Shown one piece after another: positions 54,450 through 64,000 of a stretch of 64,000 nucleotides of DNA. Positions within the stretch are counted from its first letter, which is position 1, and every line of letters starts with the position of its first letter. Location of the stretch: assembly GCF_009914755.1 (NCBI RefSeq), contig NC_060939.1. The stretch is one strand, 5' to 3'. The stretch comes from the human T2T-CHM13v2.0 reference genome, Homo sapiens. The translations under genes were made by a program, and so were the position numbers. Below the pieces are notes generated by a model that made no database searches, was not told the origin of the DNA, and saw only the letters and a list, made by a program, of their open reading frames with translations.

Positions 54450-56276
54450 GTAAGACCCTGGCCATGGGCTTCCTGGGGACTGGGCCTGCCCCTCCGTGTC
54501 TCCTGCATTGAAGGAGGACCCTGATGGTCGTGATGAACTGGGAGGGGCAGAGTGGCCCCAGCTGGGCTCTTTTGAAATATTAGCAAGGACTCATTCCCAG
54601 ATCTTCACACTTTTCAGTTTAGTTCCTAGGAAGAGGGAGCTGACATCTGTTGTCTGTTCTGCCTACCACTTATTGAGCATCTGCTGTCTTCCCGACCCTG
54701 AGGTCTGTAGCCTTGGTCTATACCAAGGAACACATGGAAGGTCCCACCTCAGGGAAGGAGCTCCCAGGGCCAGGGGTCAGAGAGCTAAAGGCTGTGACCC
54801 GGGCAATCTCAGGGAGAGTTTACTGATTGTGCTTGTGCCCTACCCTGTGCCCCATCCAGGCAGGGACAGGTGGATTCGTGAAGACTCAAGAGCCCCAAGT
54901 TGCCCGACTGTGGATGGGGGTCCATGCCAGGTTTCACAGTTCAGTTTCCTCTTGCTATGTCTCTGTGAGCTGACTTCTCTAGTGATGTATTTTGAGACCA
55001 CAGCATGAATCTTAAATTCAGTTATCGTGACTGTTTTTGGCATATCATAGGTCCCAGGCCTGCCTGCCTTTCCTTCTCGCCCCTTGTGAGATGGGTATAG
55101 GCTAACCCGGGCAACACTGTGGGGTTCTTCCCAAGGGGTGTCCACCTGGACAATTTCATGAAAGCCACTTGGCTTCTAGACAGCAAGGCGTGTGACCCAG
55201 GTCAGGTCACAAAGGTACGTTGCCAGAGCTCCTCTCTGAGCAGTGGAGAACTGGACATTTCCCAGTTGAGCAGTGGAGCTTGGGCTTCCTAGGCCTCACT
55301 CACCCTCAGGCTGAGAAAATCCACGGCCTCCTCCAGCCCTCACCAGTAAATCTTCCAAATGTGATTTCCCGGAGCATCTCATTCCCATTACTTCAAAAAT
55401 AGCACAGAACTGTTCTGATGGCACAGTGAGTTCCAGGGATACAACCCAGACAGAGCGAAAATCAACGTTACTAAGGCAGCTACAGAATTCCTTGATCTCA
55501 GATAGGCCAGGCAGTCTTCAGCAGCTGCACAGCAAGAGGCTGACATGAGCCCACGAAGGCCAAGCATGGAGGGGTCGTCCCAGTCATTAGCAGTTCACAG
55601 AGTTGAGTCCCAGATCCAAGCTGTTGCAGAGTGAGGGTGATCACGTGCAGCGTGCGGTCACCGCAGGTCTCTGCTGAGCCCTCCCACGTCTGCATTTCCT
55701 TGCCCCAGCCCCTCTCTCACAAGGCTGTGAGCTGGGCTGCATGACCCAGGATGGCCTGGTACTGAGTTGGCCCCATTCCAAGCCGTCTTGAGAGCAGGCC
55801 CTGCACCCGTGGGTCTTAAGACCCCACTGCCAGTCTTAGATAGCAGACGAAACTCTGGTTTTTGTGACGGCCCGGGTGAGACGGATGCTGGCAGGATCTT
55901 GTGGTCAACCTGAGCAGTAATATCAGTTCTTGGGCCCCAACAATGCTATGGGTGTAGGCAGCCAGCGTCACCTGGGAAGACAGCTTACCAGTCATGACCT
56001 CTGGCCTCATCTTGGCTGTCATCTGTGAGAAGGAGTGGTGGGTTTGAAAGGAAGTGGGTGGAAAACTGTGAGTGGCCACTGACCACCCGAGCACGTTGTG
56101 TTTGTCTTACAGGCACTTCCTTCTCAGCCATCACCCGTTCCTGGGAAGTGAGATGCTCCCCTCTGTTATGCGTGAGGAAGATGTGTCCTTTTCGTCTTTG
56201 TCCTGACTAGAAGTCTGCCTGTCCTGACCCCACATCCCGTCCTCAGCTGTGAACTGTCCATGTGAACTGTCTGAGG

Positions 56277-56323
56277 GCTGACCTTCCCTCAGAAGATCAG
56301 CCACAGCAGCATGGACTGATGTC
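56277..56323 (+). repeat. 47 bp direct repeat, copy 1
   Basis: gctgaccttccctcagaagatcagccacagcagcatggactgatgtc. Confidence 0.95.
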
Positions 56324-56398
56324 ATCCTGCTGTCCTCCAGGGTGTCCTCTGGTTTCTTTGCACTCATAGTCAGGACTGCAGTTTAATACTCAAAAGTT

Positions 56399-56993
<595 letters not shown>

Positions 56994-57307
56994 CTACCCC
57001 GTGGCCTTCCTAAGTCAGGACAACAGGATGGGGGTGATCTGTGGCTTAAGGGAGAGAAGGGGACGTCACCTGGCAGTGCCTGGTCCCCCAGCTGCTGACC
57101 ACCACCCTGCTGGTTATGGGGCCTCCACCTGGATGGGGGAAGGAAACAAAGCCAGCTAGCATCTGAAAGGACTTGTGCTTCCTGACTTTTCTTACAGTCA
57201 GAGTGCCCTGAGTGCAGCTCAGTGACTGCACCCTAAATCTCTTTGCCTCAACCCCCGGGCCTCAGTCCCCTTGTCCCCTTCCCCCTGCTTCCTAAGGCAT
57301 GCTGGGA

Positions 57308-57354
57308 GCTGACCTTCCCTCAGAAGATCGGCCACAGCAGCATGGACTGATGTC
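57308..57354 (+). repeat. 47 bp direct repeat, copy 2
   Basis: One mismatch to 56277-56323. Confidence 0.95.
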
Positions 57355-57403
57355 TCTCCCTTCCCAGTCTCTGGCGACTAACCATCTCTGTGCTGCCTTC
57401 CAG

Positions 57404-57460
57404 GACAGCTGTGAACGCTCAGTTGGGGGTGTTGCACCCCAGGAGGGGGGCTGGTGATGG
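57404..57460 (+). pseudogene. SLC26A11: SLC26A11-like pseudo-exon C (57 nt, +1 frameshift)
   Basis: ccttccAG|gacagctgtgaacgctcag...ctggtgatgg|GTaagc. Confidence 0.88.
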
Positions 57461-57763
57461 GTAAGCCCCCCTGGTCTTCCCCTTGTGCCCACTGCCGAGA
57501 GTGGGAAAGAGGGAGGAGGGAGCCCACAGAGATGTTCCTACTTAGCAGGACGCCAAGTCTGCTTTGGCTCACAGGCCGTGTTCCCCAGGGTTGCACAGAG
57601 GCTGGGATGGCCATGGGAGACCGAGCAGGGACTGGGGGCCTTGGCTCTCATTACCCTACCCCACCACTGTCCCAGATGGGGCTCCTCTGAGCAGGAGACT
57701 ATGCTGCTTGCTAGGGGGGCCCTACACCCCACGAGGTCACCCCATGTGCCCGCGCCCCCACAA

Positions 57764-58328
<565 letters not shown>

Positions 58329-58543
58329 CTTGTCCCTCCCCAAGCTGGACCGGGCAGAGCAGCGGCTGGAGGTGGGTGGCAGGGAGGGCAGGGATGGGGG
58401 TAGGGGAATCAGAAGGGGGACCACCCCATGCTATGGTCCGCTCAGGACCCCATGTGTCAGGACGAGGAGCTCAAGCTCTTCCTGGCAGCCCTGGCCCACG
58501 GAGCAGCGGGGCCATCTTGGAGCCATCTCCAAGTCATCCACTC

Positions 58544-59075
58544 CTCCGTCTCAAAAAATAAAAGCTATTTTTCCTTATTTTTAATTTCTTTAAAAGCCAA
58601 TTAACTGGTTAAAGCAAAAATAGTAACAATTTATTGTGGGGCTTATACATAAAAGAAATTGCATGGCAAAAATAGCTCAAAGGGAGAAACTGAAAATACA
58701 CTGTTGAAAGGTTCTTATGTTATACAAAAAGTAGTGTAATATAATTTGAGCTGGATTATAATAATTTAAAGGTGTATATTATAAAGTCTAGGAAGACCTA
58801 GGCTTTTAATTTTCAATTTTGTAAAATTGAAAACCAATTTTACAAGAATTTAAAAGATGTTTGATAATACTGTCTCCACCAATAGTGTAGACAAAAAGAA
58901 ATCATAGAATGTGCTCAGTTATTCCCAGTGAAGGCAGGAAAGATAGATTTGGTATGATATGGTAGATTTAAAGCTAACCATATCAATAATTATATTAAAT
59001 GTAAATGCTTAAATATCTCAATTAAAAGGCAGAGATTTTAAGATTGGATAAAAGATCATGTAAATCAAGCTATAC
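58544..59075 (+). mobile_element. Alu 3' stub, then host L1M resumes (spacer and ORF2 start)
   Basis: ctccgtctcaaaaaataaaagctatttttcc...ataattatattaaatgtaaatgcttaaatatctcaattaaaaggcagagat. Confidence 0.8.
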
Positions 59076-59079
59076 TTTA

Positions 59080-59768
59080 AGGATAAACTGTTGGAACTGG
59101 CTACTGATAATGGATTGAAGATGAATTTTGAAAACACAGTTTGACTTGTTCCATTTTGGATAAAAGCTCAAAATGAGTGTCCCAGGTTTGCTGAAATTGC
59201 TTTAGAATCTCCTCTTCCATTCCCATCAACATGCTTCTGCTTTCTCTATGCATCATTCAAACAAAGTAGGAAGGAGTTCACATGCACATTTTTCTATACA
59301 GGTAATGTTTTCATCAATTCAACCTAGATTAGCCACATTTACAAACAAGAAGCAAGTTCTCTGCTACATAAAAACATTTAATAATAATATAGATCATGTT
59401 TCTATGTACCCAAAGTATGTATATGTGTTTAACATAAGAAGTTGCTATTTTATTCATTAATTTTGTTTGGTTACAAATGTGTAAGGACAAAAGTTGTGAG
59501 TGTAATTTGAATTTTCTATATTAACATCTATATACACACTTTAAATGAGCGATGCATACAATTTGTGTAATTATTTTCTTTTATTTATTTGAAATGTAAT
59601 TTTATGTCTGTTGAATTTAACATTAAGAAATCGGGAGTGGTATTGCCTACGTCTTTTTATTTAATTTTCAAGTAATTAATTCTTAAGTATGACCCCAGTA
59701 TTGGTCTGTGATTGATTAAATTAAAAAAGATAAAACTAGTCCTTGACTATACATATGAGAAGCTGCTC
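59080..59768 (+). mobile_element. hAT-Charlie transposon, right part with transposase C-terminal remnant
   Basis: Translates FWIKAQNECPRFAEIALESPLPFPSTCFC, resembling the hAT dimerisation-domain motif; terminus near tgagaagctgct. Confidence 0.8.
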
Positions 59769-59769
59769 C

Positions 59770-60260
59770 ACAAAACACATAACTCAGTTTCTCCAAAAAA
59801 AAATAGCAAAGAAAAACAAAAAGAGATTCTGTTTTGGTAGAGAAAGCCTATAAATGGAAAAGGACTTAAAACATAACAAATTGAAATACATGGTGCTTAT
59901 CTGGAACCTGATTTAAACCAAAAATACTAAAATAAAATTATGAGACAATGAAGGAAATGAGAACACTAGCTATTTGATGACGTTAAAGAACTTTTCTTAA
60001 GCTGTTAAGTGTGATAAAGTTATTATAAATATATTTTAGAAAGTCCTTATACTTTAGAGATATATGCCAAAATTTACATGAAATGATATACTGTCTGAGA
60101 TTGGCGTCAAAATAATCACTGGGAGGGGGGAAGAGAAATAACAAGTGCTGGCGAAGGAAAATTGACCATGAGTACTCATTGTTGAAAGCTGAATGATGGA
60201 TACGTAAAGATTTATTATACTGTTCTGTATGTTTGAAGTTTTTCTCCATAAAAAGTTTAC
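59770..60260 (+). mobile_element. L1MC4-like 3' UTR, part 2
   Basis: cttatctggaacctgatttaaac...tatttgatgacgttaaagaac...ttgttgaaagctgaatgatggatac...ccataaaaagttt. Confidence 0.8.
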
Positions 60261-60709
60261 AGAAATTAGGTGTATACCAGTTGGCCGGAAGAGATTCCAG
60301 TTGGTACTGCAGTGGGTGATGAGCAAACAGGAGGAATGTGCAGGCAACACACACCCACCAGGCCTTCCGGAATGGTGCCTACTAGAGACTCTTGCGGAGA
60401 GACAGAATAGCAGGAGGGAGGCAGGAGCACTCTGGGACAGCACCCAGGACTCTGAGAGAGGAGGCCCTGCCCTTGGGCCTTAGAGACGTGAAACTGAGTG
60501 AAGGTTGACGTTTCCTCATCCCTAGAAAAGCACAAAGGGACCCTGGGCTTCAGCCACGTCCTTCCATTTCAGCAGCTGTGTTAGGAAAGTAACTACCCAA
60601 CCCTTGATATTTTTAAAAAATCAAATATAAAAATAAATTTTAAAAAGATGAATTGACTAACCTTTTCTCATTATAGAAAAGGGAGAGACACTTTGCCATG
60701 GGTAGTAAA

Positions 60710-60945
60710 GTATGATTAAGTGTAAAGCATTAGAGACAGAGAGGCCTGAATTTGGGTCTGCCACTGTGTTAAATTGAGCAAGTTATTTTTACCTTTTACC
60801 TCTTTTCCTGATTTGTGAACTGTATATAGTTGGGAGAATTGTTGTGAGGATAAGATGACATGATGTGTGTAAAGTCTTTAGCACATATTAAATGCTCAGA
60901 AGAAAATAGCCAGTAAATGGTACTTGATATGCTGTTATCATTAGC
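60710..60945 (+). mobile_element. MIR
   Basis: ttgagcaagttattt...ttgttgtgaggataagatgacatgatgtgtgtaaagtctttagcaca. Confidence 0.8.
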
Positions 60946-62660
60946 AATTATAGGAGCATGAGTTCATTTAAAAAAGCGGAACTGGCATTGACTGGATGGA
61001 ATAAGTGCTATTGTTAGGAACAATATTAATATCATATATTCAATTGAAAAATATTGCTCTGTGGTCAGCGCCGTGTGTAAAACAACACACTTCGTTTCCC
61101 TCACACTTCCCTGACTCATCTCTGGCTTAGCATGTGTGAGTGAGATGACACTCACCGCACCTCCACCAGAGAAGAGAAGACCTTTTCTCCACAACGTTTA
61201 TCAGAGCAAGACTAGATGGGATAAAGTGATCTGGTCTTCTGGGAAAGTGAACGGAATATATTTCATAAATAAATAGCAACTTTTGGTTTTCTTATTAAAA
61301 TCAAAATATTCATTTTTGAAGTTTGATGAAATATCCAAGTATACCCCTTAACATATTCTTACACATCCAAAGAAAAAGTGAAAAGAGCGATCCCCTAAAT
61401 CTTTCGATCACTTAATTTCACAGACTGGAATGTTTCTCAACACTTTGATTTTGAAGTGAGCAATCACTAATGGGCTGGATCAGAGGGACAAGAAACAGTT
61501 CAATCATCTCTAGGGATTGTCATAATAATAATAACTAGATGTTCATCATTGTAGAAGGACATCCTCTTTCCAATAGAATGATCTCTGCATTTTTCATATG
61601 ACTATTTTATAATTGTTTTCATGCTAGACTGTTATAGTTTATTATATAATGATAATAATAATATAACCAGAAATTGAAAGGAAAGAGGGAAATACACATA
61701 TACACGTACGAGACTGTGAACAGCTTTATTGCCCGATTATTTTTGCCACCTCCAAAACCTTAATAATCTTTTAGACGCAATGCTTGTCTCTAGAAAATGT
61801 TCTTAAGCATTTGACAGACGCTAATGCATTTTTTGCTAACAAGAGCAGATAATAAAATGAAATAATAAGTAGCCAGTTAATTTACCAAAAAAAAAACCTC
61901 AGAAATATTAATTCCTAGAAGGTGTTGGGAGTCGCAAAATTTCATGTACATCAAACAGACTCACTTTCTCTTAGTACAAACCTTTCCAGTCGGCTGGAAT
62001 TACATATGTGAATATTATTCACACATAATATGTGAATAATACATTTCTGCTCCCTTGGCCTGACCTAGTGGAAAATCTTTAACCATTGAGCTTCTTTATG
62101 CAGGGACATTTCTACCTGAGCACTCTGGGTAGGATACACTTCTTTTCTCCACACCTGACCCCCTTGTGGTCACAGGGAGGTACGTATGGAAATGGTGCTG
62201 GCAGCAGGTAGACACCTTCCCCACATACCCTATCTTCTCTCTTCTTCCCCCCCTACTCCAGGCATCGTGGGGTGGGCGGATAAAGAGCAACCCAGGTGGA
62301 TGGAGAGTGAAGCTAGGCTGGCTGGGGGGGTATCCCCGTGGGATTTCCTGACTCATGATAAAACAGTGGCACACAGAGGAACACACCCAGCCCTGCAAAT
62401 ATATCACAGTACCTTTGTTTTAGTCCAACTTTGGATGGAGTCTTCGGCTCTCAACTTTATGCCAGTGTTGTAAATTTAATTTACAACCTCAGAAAATGAA
62501 AATTCAATCATTAAATGTGAAACCTCACTTGACTAAACTATCCTAGTCTATTTAACTTAATGGGCAACATATTTTCATGAGAAACAGCAGACAATCTATT
62601 AAAGTGACCTTAGAGATTTAAAGGGCATTAAAGGGCATTAAAATAGCAATGCTGCATCTG

Positions 62661-62978
62661 ATTTTTTTTATTTTTTTATTTATTTTTTATTTTTTTTTGA
62701 GACAGAGTCTCACTCTGTCACCCAGGCTGGAGTGCAGTGGCGCGATCTCGGCTCACGGCAAGCTCCGCCTCCCAGGTTCACGCCATTCTCCTGCCTCAGC
62801 CTCCTGAGTAGCTGGGACTACAAGTGCCCGCCACCACGCCCGGCTAATTTTTTGTTTTTTAGTAGAGACGGGGTTTCACCGTGTTAGCCAGGATGGTCTC
62901 GATCTCCAGACCTCGTGATCCACCTGCCTCGGCCTCCCAAAGTGCTGGGATTACAGGTGTGAGCCACCGCGCCTGGCC
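62661..62978 (-). mobile_element. AluY, full length
   Basis: Y-type positions, CpG-rich; TSD tgcatctgattttttt at 62653 and 62979. Confidence 0.96.
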
Positions 62979-63187
62979 TGCATCTGATTTTTTTTAACTT
63001 TCCAATTGGAATTTGTTTTTCACTGGAAAGGGAAGAAATTCTCTTTTCTTTTATTTCTTCTTTCTTTCTTTTTTTATTTTTCTTGTATTTTTATTATTTG
63101 TTTCTATAAAACAAATAGCTTTTTAGCATGCAGGACTCAAAATTTATGAAAACTTAAAAGACCTACCAACGGTCTGGTCTACTACTG

Positions 63188-63355
63188 ATAAGGCCTCCAG
63201 TTGCATCCATGTTGCTGCAAAGGACATGATATCATTCTTTTTTATGGCTGCAGAGTATTCCGTCGTGTATATGTGCCATCTTTTCTTTATCCAGTCCACC
63301 ACTGATGGACACCCAGGTTGGTTCCATGTGTTTGCTATTGTGATTAGTGTTGTGT
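63188..63355 (-). mobile_element. L1PA internal fragment (ORF2 C-terminus)
   Basis: ggcctccagttgcatccatgttgctgcaaaggacatgat...tttgctattgtgattagtg. Confidence 0.85.
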
Positions 63356-63439
63356 TGGTATCTGAATTTCTAACACAAGCACAGAGCACTTTGTGCAAGT
63401 CAGTGAACAGCATTTCTCTTTTGGATCCTCCAGCCATCA

Positions 63440-63620
63440 TCCAAAGTCACAGTGCAACTCTGGACAAAGGCACAACATCTCTGAGCTGTTGTTTCCTCAT
63501 CTGTGAAACAGGGGAAAGAGTCTCTACATGAGGCATTATAGGGAGGATTAAACAAAACACCATAATAAAAAGCATGCAGCACAGTTCCTGGCATTCTGCA
63601 GAAACTCCATACATAGTTAT
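63440..63620 (+). mobile_element. MIR
   Basis: acatctctgagctgttgtttcctcatctgtgaaacagggga...gcacagttcctggca. Confidence 0.8.
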
Positions 63621-63709
63621 TAATGACTCCTCCTTGTCTTAAATAGGAGGGATGAGAACAAACACCTTGCTTTGTCCCAGTCTTAACCATGATGTCATTT
63701 GCAGATTTT

Positions 63710-63830
63710 CCTTAGTTAGCTAGATTCTTCTTTGACAATGTGGGAGCTAACATCTCACTATCTTATAAGATTGTTGTAAGATCCAAACAAAACAATGTGT
63801 GAGAGAACTTTATAAGCTATAGATTATTCT
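63710..63830 (+). mobile_element. MIR fragment
   Basis: ctatcttataagattgttgtaagatccaaacaaaacaatgtgtgagagaactttataagct. Confidence 0.6.
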
Positions 63831-64000
63831 ATGTCAGCTGTTGGCATTCATTGAATCACAAAACAACTAAGGAACAAAACAAAAAAGAAAAGTACAGCAC
63901 AGTCTGTGAAAAAGGATTGCCAAAATGACACATTTCAAAGATACACATTGAGAACACAGTTATTGTTTTTACTAATTAATAAAGTGGACATATTTCCTCC

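Noticed and set aside
54496-55008. 170 aa ORF inside the GC-rich block
   Set aside because: Lies in inferred intron sequence of the captured fragment; no similarity to SLC26 or any protein I recognise.
56113-56146. Possible extra exon (ttacag|gcac...gaa|gtgag)
   Set aside because: Splice-like signals are present, but the peptide does not match the missing SLC26A11 segment.
59080-59350. Domesticated hAT transposase exon
   Set aside because: Short, degenerate remnant embedded in a decayed Charlie copy.

Overview
Primate (human-like) non-genic or deep-intronic DNA, roughly half interspersed repeats: about 20 Alus, a nearly full-length degenerate L1PA, older L1M fragments, MIR, L2, L3/CR1, MaLR/ERVL LTRs and hAT/mariner fossils. 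I see no intact protein-coding gene, RNA gene or CRISPR array. The supplied ORFs are repeat remnants or chance ORFs. The standout is at 54.2-58.6 kb: a GC-rich foreign block of about 3.6 kb carrying three recognisable exons of the anion transporter gene SLC26A11, with introns between them. It is an unprocessed, DNA-level gene fragment inserted into an old L1. At the same site a ~475 bp L1+Alu segment is inverted, splitting one Alu and its target-site duplication (TSD), and a second ~215 bp G-rich foreign fragment fills the other junction. This sits inside a multi-level transposon nest. Smaller repair-like scars also occur: a 226 bp local duplication inside an LTR, tail-less Alu fragments and several fold-back micro-duplications. 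Repeat subfamily names and the SLC26A11 match come from recalled consensus/protein sequences, not from a search, and most repeat boundaries are approximate.
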